Positions 18,049 to 28,140 of a stretch of 64,000 bases of DNA are shown here, one piece after another. Source of the DNA: Rhodothermales bacterium (lineage in GTDB: Bacteria; Bacteroidota; Rhodothermia; Rhodothermales; VXPQ01); contig OZ220686.1 of assembly GCA_965116435.1 (NCBI GenBank), positions 2,159,184-2,223,183 on the forward strand, written 5' to 3'. The position numbers and the translations under genes are program-made. How positions within the stretch are numbered: position 1 is the first letter of the stretch; the number at the start of each line of letters is the position of its first letter. A model generated the notes under the pieces. It had not been told where the DNA came from. It searched no databases and saw nothing but the letters and a program-made list of their open reading frames with translations.

Positions 18049-18639
18049 GTGTGCTTGCCCGTTATGATTAGCCGTACGGTGGCTTTTTGCTCGCTGGCGG
18101 CGCTGAACGTAACGCAGGAGTTGGCCGGCGCCGTGCTCCGGGATATCGTGGGCGCTGACCCCGATCTCGTGGCGGAGGAAACGCTGTGCCTTGCTTCGGT
18201 CGTTACGTGGCGGGCGGCGCAGGCCGGGCTACGGGATTGGCCGGAGGGCGCAGCCGCCGCAGAGCCGGCCCTGACGTCGTTGCCGTACGCATACCGGCGC
18301 TATCTTACGGGCCTTGAGATGCTCGACCGCAACGATCCTGCGCTGGCCGATCCGGCGGCGGTGGAAGCGGTGGATAGCCGGTTGCGGCGCAAGCAGCAGT
18401 TCTACGAAGGGCAGTTTGCCGAGGCCACATTCCCCAGAGAGGAAGCCTTGGTCAACGGGATGGAATTCTGGATGGGTCGCATCAGTCCGCCGAAACTGCC
18501 CGACATGCCCTCCGAGAGGCTGCGCAAAATGGACCTTGCGCGGGCGCTGGGCGCGCATCTCCGGGTGGTGGCGGCGTATTGTCGGAGCGCAGCGCTGTCG
18601 GAGCGTAGCGAGGCGGACGACAACGCGGCGAATCCGTAG
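18049..18639 (+). CDS. Hypothetical protein
   Basis: 196-codon ORF with a GTG start and no recognisable motif. Coding status rests only on length and position. Confidence 0.4.
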   Translation: MCLPVMISRTVAFCSLAALNVTQELAGAVLRDIVGADPDLVAEETLCLASVVTWRAAQAGLRDWPEGAAAAEPALTSLPYAYRRYLTGLEMLDRNDPALADPAAVEAVDSRLRRKQQFYEGQFAEATFPREEALVNGMEFWMGRISPPKLPDMPSERLRKMDLARALGAHLRVVAAYCRSAALSERSEADDNAANP

Positions 18640-18640
18640 T

Positions 18641-18760
18641 CTGGTTGCCTCTGCTTGCGCCCAGTTGCGTCCGGTTGTGTACAGTTGCCTTCGGTTGTGT
18701 CCGCTTGCCTCCAGTTGTGTCCGGTTGCGTTCAGTTGCGCCCAGTTGCCTCCAGTTGCGC
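18641..18760. repeat. 12 consecutive 10-bp repeats (consensus yCrGTTGysy) between convergent genes
   Basis: The decamers ctggttgcct, ctgcttgcgc, ccagttgcgt, ccggttgtgt, acagttgcct, tcggttgtgt, ccgcttgcct, ccagttgtgt, ccggttgcgt, tcagttgcgc, ccagttgcct and ccagttgcgc align exactly with the 10-nt print blocks. Confidence 0.9.
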
Positions 18761-18778
18761 CCTTGCCCGACGGCTTCG

Positions 18779-20050
18779 TCAGGCGGCGAGCTTCGAGAGG
18801 CGGATCCATTCGATCCGGTTGGCTTCGGCTTTCAGGATGTCGAACCGGTAGCCGTCGAAGGCGAAGTGTTCTTCCGTCGCCGGAATGGAGCCGATCCGGT
18901 CCAGCAAATACCCCGCAAGCGTTTCGTAGTCGCCTTCGGGCAGTGCGATCCCGAACCGATCCGCCAACTCGTCGATTTCCGCGCGTCCCGCCGCGATGTA
19001 CTGATTTTCGCCCACTTGCCGGAGCGTTTCCTGTTCGCTGTCGAATTCGTCCTGGATGTCGCCGAACAGCTCTTCCAGCAAATCCTCCCGCGTCACCAGA
19101 CCCGCCGTGCCGCCGTATTCGTCGATTACGATGGCCACGGACGTGTTGGTTTCGAGAAATTCCCGCAGCAAATCCTTCGACCGCTTGGCCGCCGGGACAA
19201 ATTGCACCGGGCGCATGATCTCCTGTATGGTTTTGGGCCCGTGGAACAGGTCGTACGCAAAGACCATCCCCACGATATGGTCGATATTGTCCTGGTAGAC
19301 GGGCAATTTGGAATGTCCCGTGGCAATGAAGCGGCGCAGCAAGGCGTCGACCGGGGTATGCTCTTCGACGGCTTCTATTTCTGTGCGCGGCGCCATCGAC
19401 TCCTTCACGCGGATGGCGTCCATGGCGAACACGTTCGAAAGCATCTCGGTTTCTTCTTCGTCCAGATCGAGCTCGCCGCTTTCCCGGCTTTCCTCGATGA
19501 TAGCTTCGAAGTCGCGGCGCACAAACACGACGAACGTATCCGTTTCCACACGGAACAGGCGCATGAGCAGCGTGGCGGCTCCGGCGGCCGTTTTGACGAA
19601 CGGCAGCAGCAGGTAATACGAGATGCGCAGGGGGATGGCCAGCAGAAAAACCGCCCGGTTTGCGGCCTCCCGCATGATGGATTTCGGGAGAATCTCCCCG
19701 AATACGAGCACAAGGGCGCTGGCTGCCAGCGTTTGCGTAACCAGTACGGCCACCTCCACGCCCGAACTGCCCATCCCGGAGGCGCTCCAGAGGCGATGGA
19801 GCGGATCGTCCAGATAGAACGCCGTGAGCGTGGAGAAGACGATGAGCGAAATGTTGTTGCCGACCAGCGTGGTGGTCAGGAACGCGGAGGGGTTCTGGAT
19901 GAAGTCGCGTACGATGCGGCCTGCGGCGCCGCGTCGGCGGGCCAGCACCTCCACGCGCAACCGGTTCGCAACCACGAAAGCGATCTCGGAACCCGAGAAG
20001 AACGCGCTCAGCGCGAGCATCAGCAAAATGATCGCAATCGCGAACGTCAT
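18779..20050 (-). CDS. HlyC/CorC-family transporter (DUF21 + CBS pair + CorC_HlyC)
   Basis: N-terminus LLMLALSAFFSGSEIAF (DUF21). CBS-type middle region. C-terminal GDYETLAGYLLDRIGSIP ... F.I. pattern. Confidence 0.8.
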   Translation of the reverse strand: MTFAIAIILLMLALSAFFSGSEIAFVVANRLRVEVLARRRGAAGRIVRDFIQNPSAFLTTTLVGNNISLIVFSTLTAFYLDDPLHRLWSASGMGSSGVEVAVLVTQTLAASALVLVFGEILPKSIMREAANRAVFLLAIPLRISYYLLLPFVKTAAGAATLLMRLFRVETDTFVVFVRRDFEAIIEESRESGELDLDEEETEMLSNVFAMDAIRVKESMAPRTEIEAVEEHTPVDALLRRFIATGHSKLPVYQDNIDHIVGMVFAYDLFHGPKTIQEIMRPVQFVPAAKRSKDLLREFLETNTSVAIVIDEYGGTAGLVTREDLLEELFGDIQDEFDSEQETLRQVGENQYIAAGRAEIDELADRFGIALPEGDYETLAGYLLDRIGSIPATEEHFAFDGYRFDILKAEANRIEWIRLSKLAA

Positions 20051-20055
20051 TCGCG

Positions 20056-20946
20056 TCAGTTTCTTGTGCGCGCGCCGCCGGCACGGAGGGCGTCGCCGGC
20101 CTCCTCTTCCGGCTGGAAGTGGTGCATATCGTCCAGAAGGCTCGCGGTCGGCGCGAAGATGTCCTCGATTTCCGAGATGGCGGCCTCTGTTTCCCCTACC
20201 TCCTGCAGCAGCGTATCGAGCTGGAACGTGATCTCTTCCGGGTTGCGGAGCGTCAGGGATTGCTCGTGAATGTATTTGACGACGTCTTCAATGGTTTCGA
20301 TTTGCGCATCGAGCACTTCGAGGTGTTCAACGCCTTTCTTGAAACGCTCCAAGCGCTGTTCGAGCACCCGGAGGCGGCGTTGCTTGATGGCGCGCACCTT
20401 CTCTGAATCGCCCAGCATGTCGGTGCGGAGGTGTGCGATGGACTGGACTACTTCCCGTTCCCGGCTGCTGTGCGTCGAAAGTTCGTAGCGCTGCTTTTGG
20501 TACAGCATGTTGAGGTAGGAATTCAGCAGGCCGTCAATCTTCTTGAGATGGCTTTCCAGCAAGCCCTGGGTTGCGTAACTCAGCTTGCGGTAATGGCCGG
20601 AAATTTCTTTTTCGAGTTTCCGAAGCCGTACGTAGCGCCGCTGACTGGATTTGGTCAGCAGGCGAAACATTTCCTTGGTGGACGGCGGTTTGGCGTGCTC
20701 GGCGGCGCGGCGGGCCCGGACGTTGCGCCGAAATCGTTTGTTGCGGGGCATGGCGCCCAGGTACAGGAGCTCCGCCGCAAAACTCATGAGCAGTACGAGA
20801 TCGGTTCCCCCCGTATCGGTCAAAACAAACGCCGTGAGCATGGCGGCGATCAGGAATCCGAGATTGACCGGATGCAGGAACGCCTCTTTCGTGTAATTGA
20901 TTTCCGGATTATTCACGTCATTCCCTTCAATCTCTGTCCGCGGCAA
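20056..20946 (-). CDS. Hypothetical membrane plus coiled-coil protein (between pspA and corC-like)
   Basis: Two hydrophobic segments near the N-terminus, then a long heptad-like charged region. Its stop is 6 nt from the downstream start. Confidence 0.55.
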   Translation of the reverse strand: MPRTEIEGNDVNNPEINYTKEAFLHPVNLGFLIAAMLTAFVLTDTGGTDLVLLMSFAAELLYLGAMPRNKRFRRNVRARRAAEHAKPPSTKEMFRLLTKSSQRRYVRLRKLEKEISGHYRKLSYATQGLLESHLKKIDGLLNSYLNMLYQKQRYELSTHSSREREVVQSIAHLRTDMLGDSEKVRAIKQRRLRVLEQRLERFKKGVEHLEVLDAQIETIEDVVKYIHEQSLTLRNPEEITFQLDTLLQEVGETEAAISEIEDIFAPTASLLDDMHHFQPEEEAGDALRAGGARTRN

Positions 20947-20991
20947 GGCGGAGTTCCGTATGCGATCCGCGCAGGGCGGCGGCCCGATGGC

Positions 20992-21753
20992 TTACGCCGC
21001 GCCGGTGCGTTGTTTCCCGATGGTTTTGGCTGCTTCCGCCGTTTCCTGGTCGGGCGTTTCCGGCGCGCTGTCTCCGGCGGATTCCGTGACGCCCATTTCC
21101 GCCTTGAGTTGCTTGACGATTTCCGCGGCGCGAATATCTTCGGCGTCCTCCTCTATCCGAAGCGCATCCCGGTCCACGGAATCCAGCGCCATTTCCAGTC
21201 GCGCTTCGCTATGGGCCGTTTGCTCGTTCAGGCGTGCGAGCATTTCGTCGTGGGTCTGGTCAATGCCCGTCACTTCGAACTGCTCCATCGCATCGGCGAC
21301 CTTCGATTGCCATTTTGCCCGTTCGTGTTCCCGCAAGGCATGCTTGGCCTCCTCGATTTTCCGGTCCTTCTCGCGCATGAAGGCTTTCTTGACCTGGATC
21401 GCCTTGTCGTAGGCCGCCGAGGCGTGCGTGAGTTGCTCCCGGCTGCTGGCGGCGGACTCCCTCGCTTTTTCGAGCTGCAACGCATAGCGCTGCGCGATGT
21501 CGTCGCGGCCTGCCTGAATGCCGGCTTTTACCTTGGCCATCAGGCCGGCGACTTCGTTTTCCGACCGCTTCAGGTGCTTTTGCAGCAGGATGACGTTCGC
21601 CTTGACGCTGGCGATGTTTTCGTTCATTTTCGGCACCTGATCGTTCAATTCCCGGATATTCTGTTCCAGAATGAGCCGGGGATCTTCCATCGCCGAAACG
21701 ATCCCCCCGAAAAGCGATTTGACGAAACGGGTGAATCGGGACCAGACAGACAT
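20992..21753 (-). CDS. pspA: PspA/IM30 (VIPP1) family protein
   Basis: Internal ATG at 21753 gives MSVWSRFTRFVKSLFGGIVSAMEDPRLILEQNIRELNDQV, followed by a long coiled coil. Confidence 0.8.
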   Translation of the reverse strand: MSVWSRFTRFVKSLFGGIVSAMEDPRLILEQNIRELNDQVPKMNENIASVKANVILLQKHLKRSENEVAGLMAKVKAGIQAGRDDIAQRYALQLEKARESAASSREQLTHASAAYDKAIQVKKAFMREKDRKIEEAKHALREHERAKWQSKVADAMEQFEVTGIDQTHDEMLARLNEQTAHSEARLEMALDSVDRDALRIEEDAEDIRAAEIVKQLKAEMGVTESAGDSAPETPDQETAEAAKTIGKQRTGAA

Positions 21754-22165
21754 GATGTTGAGGGGTGTGCTTATGGGTGGAGACAATCGCGTAAGGATGC
21801 TCTGAATACGTCCGCAACCTGAAATAATATAACGAATTCGTCAGGGATGTATGTACGAAAAGCATTGCGGAAGGATTCGCCGGGGATGCACTATGCGGCG
21901 GGACGTACTGCGCATGCAAGAGCCTGCGGAGCGTTTGGAGCGGCTCCGGGACCTGTTTGCGAGACGGAGAGGGACTTTCGCCCGCTCCTTTGCGCCGCGA
22001 TTGTTGCGATGCGTTCGTTGTGATCCGCCTGTTGCGATGCGCGCACGGCGGGAAGCAACGCGGGGAGAAAGGACGCCGTGCTCGGGGAAAACGCAACGCG
22101 GGGAAAAGGACAGCGCGGCCGGCGTAGCGAGGGTGCGCCGGGCCGATAGGCTCCGCGCCGGACGC

Positions 22166-22408
22166 TCAGGCGTTTTCGTTGTTTTCGTCGCTTTCGGGGT
22201 CCGCCTTGGTCCCGTAGCGCCGCCGGAATTTTTCGACGCGTCCCGCCGTGTCCACGTACTGTCGCCGACCCGTGTAGAAGGGATGATTCGTGGAATCGAC
22301 CTCCGATTTGTGCAGGTCGGTCGCCATCGTCGAGCGCGTTTCGAAGGTGTCGCCGTTGGCGAGCTGGACCGTCAGTTTCGTGTATGCGGGGTGGATATCT
22401 TTTTTCAT
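22166..22408 (-). CDS. rpmE: 50S ribosomal protein L31 (Cys-less, type B-like)
   Basis: MKKDIHPAY ... HPFYTG. No CxxC pair. Start taken at Met16 of the ORF. Coordinates come from ORF arithmetic; my position count in this line may be off by 1. Confidence 0.85.
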   Translation of the reverse strand: MKKDIHPAYTKLTVQLANGDTFETRSTMATDLHKSEVDSTNHPFYTGRRQYVDTAGRVEKFRRRYGTKADPESDENNENA

Positions 22409-22569
22409 CGCAAGCGCCGGGAAAATATCATGGAGATATCGTACAGAGGGCAAATCGCATAGAGGGACGCATAGCGGGCCGTACGCACCGGGTACAAGAA
22501 TACCCCTTCTGTTCGCTCTTTATGGTTCGTCCTCTGTGGTTCGCCTTCTGTCGCAAAAACAGCGGGTCG

Positions 22570-24678
22570 TCAACGCGCACGAGGCGGGGCGGTTCCACGG
22601 GCCGGTTTCGCCGGGTTCAGCAGGGCTTCGATCTGTTCGATTTCGTCGCGCAGCCGGGCGGCTTTTTCGAAGTCCAGCGCGGCGGCGGCTTGCCGCATTT
22701 CCTTGCGCATCTGGTTCGTCAGGTCGCGCTTCTGGTCGTCGTCGAGGTGTTTCATCACCGGGTCGGCGGCGGGCCCCGTTTGTTCCGGGCCGCCGTAGTA
22801 GCCCTTCGGCTGCACTTCGTAGGTCGCCCGCTCTTCGGCGATGATCGTTCCCTTGCGAATCTCGTCGTGCGATTTGTAGATGGTTGCCGGCGTGATCCGG
22901 TGCTGCTCGTTCCAGGCCAGCTGGATTTTGCGGCGGCGCGCGGTCTCGTCCATCATTTTCTGCATGGAGCCCGTGATCGTGTCGGCGTACATTATGATCG
23001 CGCCGCGTGCGTTGCGGGCTGCGCGGCCTGCGGTCTGGATCAGGGAGCGTTCGCTGCGCAGGAACCCTTCCTTGTCCGCGTCGATAATGGCCACGAGCGA
23101 CACTTCGGGCAGGTCGAGGCCCTCCCGGAGCAGATTCACGCCCACCAGCACGTCGAATACGCCCAGGCGCAGATCGCGCAAAATCTCCACGCGCTCCAGC
23201 GCATCGATGTCCGAATGCATGTAGCGCACGGCCACGCCGTACGAGGCCAGATAATCGCTCAGGTCCTCGGCCATGCGCTTCGTGAGGGTGGTCACGAGCG
23301 TGCGTTCCTGCGCCTGCACCCGCGTGCGGATTTCTTCGAGCAGGTCGTCGATCTGGTTCTCGGAGGGGCGCACATCCACTTCCGGGTCCGGGATGCCGGT
23401 GGGCCGGATGATTTGCTCCACGAATACGCCGCCGCTTTTTTCCATTTCGTAATCGCTTGGCGTGGCGCTGACGTAAATGACCTGCGGGCTTTCCTCCTCG
23501 AATTCCTCGAACGTCATGGGCCGGTTGTCCAGGGCGGAAGGCAGCCGGAAGCCGTGTTCCACGAGGACAAGTTTGCGGGCGCGGTCTCCATTGTACATGG
23601 CCCGTACCTGCGGGATGGTCACATGGCTTTCGTCGATGACGAGGAGCATGTCGTCGGGGAAATAATCGAACAGGCAGTACGGGCGCTGGCCCGGCTTGCG
23701 CCCCGACAGGTGCCGCGAATAGTTTTCTATGCCGGAGCAGTATCCGACTTCTTTCATCATTTCGATATCGAACCGGGTGCGCTGTTCGAGGCGCTGCGCT
23801 TCGAGGAGCCGTCCCTCCTCGCGCAACACGGCCAGTCTCCATCGCAGTTCGTCTTCGATCCCGACGACGATTCCCGCCATTTTTTCCTTCGGGGTGACGA
23901 AAATTTTGGCCGGATAGATGGTCAGGTAATCTTCTTCCCGAAGCGCGAGGCCGGTGCGGGCTTCGAACCAGGTGATTTTTTCCACTTCGTCTCCCCAGAA
24001 CTCGATCCGGCAGGCCGTTTCTTCCGAATACGCCGGCCAGATTTCCACTACATCGCCCCGCACCCGGAACACGCCGGGCGAAAATTCGACGTCGTTGCGG
24101 GCGTAGTAGATATGGACGAGGCGGCGCAGGAGGTCGTTGCGGGGTACGTCCGCCCCCCGCTTGACCTGCACGATCTCCGAGCGGTATTCCTCGGGCGAGC
24201 CGAGGCCGTAGATGCAGGACACGCTGGCGACGACGATGACGTCGCTGCGCCCGGAAACGAGCGAACTGGTGGTGCGCAGGCGCAGGCGGTCGATCCGGTC
24301 GTTGATCGACATGTCTTTTTCGATGTACGTATCCGTCGGTACGATGTAGGCCTCGGGCTGGTAGTAATCGTAATAGGAAATAAAAAATTCAACAGCGTTT
24401 TCCGGGAAAAAAGATTTGAGTTCGGCGTACAATTGCGCGGCGAGCGTTTTGTTGTGGCTCATGATCAGGGTGGGCCGCTCGACGCGCTGGATCACATGGG
24501 CCATGGAGAACGTTTTTCCCGTGCCCGTGGCGCCCAGCAGGACCTGGCAGGGGTCGCCGCGCAGCACGCCTTCGGTTAGTTCGTCGATGGCCTGAGGCTG
24601 GTCGCCCGTGGGTCGAAAGGGCGACGTTACCCGAAATGCGGAGCCGCTTTGTGCGATATTTTGTGCGATATGCTGCAT
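22570..24678 (-). CDS. uvrB: Excinuclease ABC subunit B
   Basis: [11 protein letters not shown], Walker [10 protein letters not shown], helicase motifs, and a C-terminal UVR domain ([13 protein letters not shown]). Start at Met45 of the ORF. Confidence 0.9.
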   Translation of the reverse strand: MQHIAQNIAQSGSAFRVTSPFRPTGDQPQAIDELTEGVLRGDPCQVLLGATGTGKTFSMAHVIQRVERPTLIMSHNKTLAAQLYAELKSFFPENAVEFFISYYDYYQPEAYIVPTDTYIEKDMSINDRIDRLRLRTTSSLVSGRSDVIVVASVSCIYGLGSPEEYRSEIVQVKRGADVPRNDLLRRLVHIYYARNDVEFSPGVFRVRGDVVEIWPAYSEETACRIEFWGDEVEKITWFEARTGLALREEDYLTIYPAKIFVTPKEKMAGIVVGIEDELRWRLAVLREEGRLLEAQRLEQRTRFDIEMMKEVGYCSGIENYSRHLSGRKPGQRPYCLFDYFPDDMLLVIDESHVTIPQVRAMYNGDRARKLVLVEHGFRLPSALDNRPMTFEEFEEESPQVIYVSATPSDYEMEKSGGVFVEQIIRPTGIPDPEVDVRPSENQIDDLLEEIRTRVQAQERTLVTTLTKRMAEDLSDYLASYGVAVRYMHSDIDALERVEILRDLRLGVFDVLVGVNLLREGLDLPEVSLVAIIDADKEGFLRSERSLIQTAGRAARNARGAIIMYADTITGSMQKMMDETARRRKIQLAWNEQHRITPATIYKSHDEIRKGTIIAEERATYEVQPKGYYGGPEQTGPAADPVMKHLDDDQKRDLTNQMRKEMRQAAAALDFEKAARLRDEIEQIEALLNPAKPARGTAPPRAR

Positions 24679-24827
24679 ATATGTTCGCTGTTTTGCGTAT
24701 GTTACCTCCCCATAACATACGCACAGGTTGCGGAGATGTGCACGGCGGCGGACACTTCCGTCCCAATGTGTTGCATCGATTTGTTTCATTGCGCCATGCA
24801 AGGGCCTCACGAAAACTCTTTTTCGAC

Positions 24828-25193
24828 ATGAGCATCAGCATTCAAGATCAGTACCAGGCGTCCATTGTCCAGATCAAGGGCAAGTTTCTCGGTAGCGTGC
24901 ACGGCTCCGAACTCAAGGATGCGCTGGACCAACTCAAGGAAGCAGGCAAGGTCAATGTGGTCATCGATCTCGGCGCAACGGAGTTTATGGATTCTTCCGG
25001 CATCGGCGTGCTGATCGGCGGATTGACGACCATGCGCAAGGTGGGCGGCGAGGTCCGCCTGGCCAACATGGAGAAGCGTATTCGCAATCTTTTCATGATG
25101 ACCCGTTTGCTTGGCCCGGTGTTTACCGCCTACGATTCGGTATCCGCCGCCGCCGAAAGTTTTCGCACAGATCCGCCTGCGGCGGCAGAATAG
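24828..25193 (+). CDS. STAS-domain protein (anti-sigma-factor antagonist-like)
   Basis: 121 aa. [21 protein letters not shown] ... RLANM ... F is the SpoIIAA/STAS pattern. Confidence 0.7.
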   Translation: MSISIQDQYQASIVQIKGKFLGSVHGSELKDALDQLKEAGKVNVVIDLGATEFMDSSGIGVLIGGLTTMRKVGGEVRLANMEKRIRNLFMMTRLLGPVFTAYDSVSAAAESFRTDPPAAAE

Positions 25194-25203
25194 GGAGGCA
25201 GGC

Positions 25204-28044
25204 ATGACATATTTGTTGCGTTTTCGGGCGGCTGCCTTGTGCGCCGGCCTTGTCTTTTTTGTACCCTGGATGGATGCGGCGGCGCAGGCGTGGTCGCCCG
25301 AGGACCCCATTCCCCCGGACGCTTCGGTGACGGTCGGTCGGCTGGAGAACGGACTGCGCTACTTCGTGCAGGAGAACGACAGGCCAGAGAATCGCGCGGA
25401 ATTGCGCCTCGTTGTGGATGCGGGCTCCATCGTCGAGGAGGAGGATCAGCTGGGGCTGGCTCATTTCGTGGAGCACATGGCGTTCAACGGCACCGAGCAT
25501 TTCGAAAAGCAGGAACTGGTCGATTATCTGGAGTCGATCGGCATGCAGTTCGGCCCCGACCTGAACGCCTATACGAGCTTTGACGAAACGGTCTATATGC
25601 TGCAAGTCCCCCTCGACGATCCCGAGGTGTTGGCGACGGCGTTCCGGATTCTCAGGGATTGGGCCGGGGGCGTGCTTTTCGAGGACGAGGAGGTGGACAA
25701 GGAGCGCGGCGTGGTGGTGGAGGAATGGCGGATGCGGCGCGGCGCGGCGGCGCGGATTCAGGACAAGCAGCTTCCGGTCATGCTGCATGGTTCGCTGTAT
25801 GCGGAGCGGTTGCCGATCGGGAAGCCGGAGATCATCGAGCATGCTCCGGCGGAAACGCTGCGGCGGTTTTACCGCGACTGGTACCGCCCGGACCTGATGG
25901 GCGTCGTGGCGGTGGGGGATTTCGACGGGGACGAGATTGAGTCCATGATCCGTGCTGCGTTTGGGGATTTGACTGGGCCGGACAACCCCCGTCCCCGGAC
26001 GTTCGCCGACGTGCCCCTGGACCATGCGCCGCTCGTGGCGATCGCTACGGACGAAGAGGCGCAAATGTCGCAGGCGGGCGTATTGTACAAGCAGCCGCGG
26101 GTTTCGCACGGAACCGTGGCGGATTTTCGCCGGGGGCTCGTGCAGAGTTTGTATTCGGGCATGCTGAACGCCCGCTTGCAGGAACTGACCCAGCAGGCCG
26201 AGCCGCCCTTTTTGTTCGCGATTTCGGGGCAAGGCGGTTTTGTGCGGGTCATTGATGCGTATCAGCTGGTTGCAATCGTTTCGGAGGGCGGCCTCGAGAC
26301 CGGGTTGCGCGCGTTGCTTACCGAGGCGGAGCGCGTGGTCCGGCACGGGTTTACGGCCACGGAATTCGATCGGCAGAAGGCCGATGTGATGCGAGGCTAC
26401 GAACAGCGCCTTGCGGAGCGGGAAAATCAGGAATCGGGCGGGCTGGCGAGCGGATACGTGCAGGTGTTTCTGCAGGATTACCCGTACCCGGACATTGAAA
26501 CGGAGGTGGGCCTGGCGGAGGCGCTGCTGCCCGGCATTACGCTGGAGGAAACGAATGCATTCGCGGGACAATGGTTGGCGGAAGAGGGGCGCGTGGTGCT
26601 GGCGAGCGGTCCCGAAAAGGAAGGCCTGGAGACGCCCGGCGAGGACGATCTGAGTGCGCTGTTCGAGGCGGTTGCCGAGGCGGACATCGACCCCTACGAC
26701 GATGCGGTGGTCGATGCGCCGCTTTTGCCGGCGACGCCGGAGGGTTCTCCGGTGGTGGCCGAGGAGACCGTGGAGGAGGTGGGCATTACGATCTGGACCC
26801 TCGGGAATGGCGTGCGCGTGCTCCTCAAACCCACCGACTTCAAGGACGACGAAGTGCAGTTCTCGGCAACCAGTCCGGGCGGGTCGTCTTTGGGCGCCGA
26901 CGAACATTATGTAAGCACGAACCGGGCGGCTACCTTTGTGGCGCGCTCCGGCGTGGGCGCCTTCGACGATACGGCGCTGGAAAAGAAACTGGCGGGCAAG
27001 GCGGTGGGCGTTTCGCCCGGCCTGGGGTCGCTGAGCGAGGGCGTCAGCGGGTATGCGTCGCCCGAAGACCTGGAGACCGCGTTCCAACTGGTGTATTTGT
27101 ATTTCACGGCGCCGCGCAAGGACGAGACGGCGTTCGAGGCGTACAAGGCGCTCATGGCCGGGGTGCTGGCGAATCGGGAGGCCAATCCCAATGTGGCGTT
27201 CTCGGATACGATTCGGGTCGCGATGACGCAGGGGCATCCGCGGGCGTCGAGGCCGTTTACCCGGGAACTGCTTGAAGAGATTGATCTGGACCGGGCCTTC
27301 GACTTTTATCTGGATCGCTTTGCGGACGCGAGCGACTTCACGTTCTATTTCGTGGGCGCCTTCGATCTGGAGGGAATCCGTCCGCTGGCGGAGCGGTATC
27401 TTGGGGCGCTGCCGAACCTGGGCCGTGAGGAAACCTGGCGCGATCTGGGCGTGGATCCGCCGCCCGGCGTGATCGAAAAGGCGGTGTACAAGGGCATGGA
27501 GCCGCAAAGCCGGACGCAGATCGTTTTTGCGGGCGAAGGGGCGTATTCTCCCGAAGAATCGATAGCGCTCGGGGCGCTGGCCAGCGTGCTGGAAATCCGG
27601 CTCCGCGAATTGTTGCGGGAGGACCTGGGCGGAACGTATGGCGTGGGCGTGGGCAGCTCGCTGACATACCGCCCGGACGAGGAATATTCCGTCACGATCA
27701 ACTTTGGCTCGGCGCCGGAGCGGGCCGAGGAGCTGGCGGAGGTCGTATTCGAGGAAATCGGGCGGATAAAGGCCGACGGACCCGATGCGGAAACCGTAGA
27801 CAAGGTGCGCGAATCGCAGCGGCGGTCCAAGGAGACGAACCTGCGCGAAAACGGCTACTGGCTTGGCCGGATAGAAGGGATGGATCAGCAGGGGCGCGAT
27901 CTGACGCTGATCCCCTCGTACGATCTGATCGAGGGGTGGACGGCGGAGCAGGTCCAGGAAGCCGCAAACCGGTACTTGCGCGAGGATCGGTATGCGAAAT
28001 TCGTGTTGTACCCGGAGGAGCCTGCGGAGTCAGAAGATCCATGA
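25204..28044 (+). CDS. M16-family (pitrilysin/insulinase-like) zinc peptidase, secreted, double-length
   Basis: Signal peptide. HFVEHMAFNGT matches the HxxEH motif. Second M16-like half present. Start at the internal ATG 25204. Confidence 0.85.
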   Translation: MTYLLRFRAAALCAGLVFFVPWMDAAAQAWSPEDPIPPDASVTVGRLENGLRYFVQENDRPENRAELRLVVDAGSIVEEEDQLGLAHFVEHMAFNGTEHFEKQELVDYLESIGMQFGPDLNAYTSFDETVYMLQVPLDDPEVLATAFRILRDWAGGVLFEDEEVDKERGVVVEEWRMRRGAAARIQDKQLPVMLHGSLYAERLPIGKPEIIEHAPAETLRRFYRDWYRPDLMGVVAVGDFDGDEIESMIRAAFGDLTGPDNPRPRTFADVPLDHAPLVAIATDEEAQMSQAGVLYKQPRVSHGTVADFRRGLVQSLYSGMLNARLQELTQQAEPPFLFAISGQGGFVRVIDAYQLVAIVSEGGLETGLRALLTEAERVVRHGFTATEFDRQKADVMRGYEQRLAERENQESGGLASGYVQVFLQDYPYPDIETEVGLAEALLPGITLEETNAFAGQWLAEEGRVVLASGPEKEGLETPGEDDLSALFEAVAEADIDPYDDAVVDAPLLPATPEGSPVVAEETVEEVGITIWTLGNGVRVLLKPTDFKDDEVQFSATSPGGSSLGADEHYVSTNRAATFVARSGVGAFDDTALEKKLAGKAVGVSPGLGSLSEGVSGYASPEDLETAFQLVYLYFTAPRKDETAFEAYKALMAGVLANREANPNVAFSDTIRVAMTQGHPRASRPFTRELLEEIDLDRAFDFYLDRFADASDFTFYFVGAFDLEGIRPLAERYLGALPNLGREETWRDLGVDPPPGVIEKAVYKGMEPQSRTQIVFAGEGAYSPEESIALGALASVLEIRLRELLREDLGGTYGVGVGSSLTYRPDEEYSVTINFGSAPERAEELAEVVFEEIGRIKADGPDAETVDKVRESQRRSKETNLRENGYWLGRIEGMDQQGRDLTLIPSYDLIEGWTAEQVQEAANRYLREDRYAKFVLYPEEPAESEDP

Positions 28045-28140
28045 GCCCTTGTCCAGAAAATCCATTCGTACATACTTCGCGTCGGATGGTCGGCTTTTTG
28101 AACCCTAACCGCCGTCCGAAGCGCCAAACCTGTTCGTACC

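Noticed and set aside
16703-18760. CRISPR interpretation of the 18-bp and 10-bp repeat arrays
   Set aside because: The units are head-to-tail with no unique spacers, they are far shorter than CRISPR repeats, and no cas genes are present.
18314-20269. 651-aa plus-strand ORF and the 560-aa minus ORF 18402-20084
   Set aside because: Both overlap the CorC/HlyC-family gene (18779-20050), which has clear DUF21/CBS/CorC features. The alternatives are R/P/G-rich with no motifs.
22384-24579. 731-aa plus-strand ORF
   Set aside because: It is antisense to uvrB, whose identity is certain.
25123-27507. 794-aa minus-strand ORF
   Set aside because: It is antisense to the M16 peptidase gene. Arg/His/Pro-rich junk translation.
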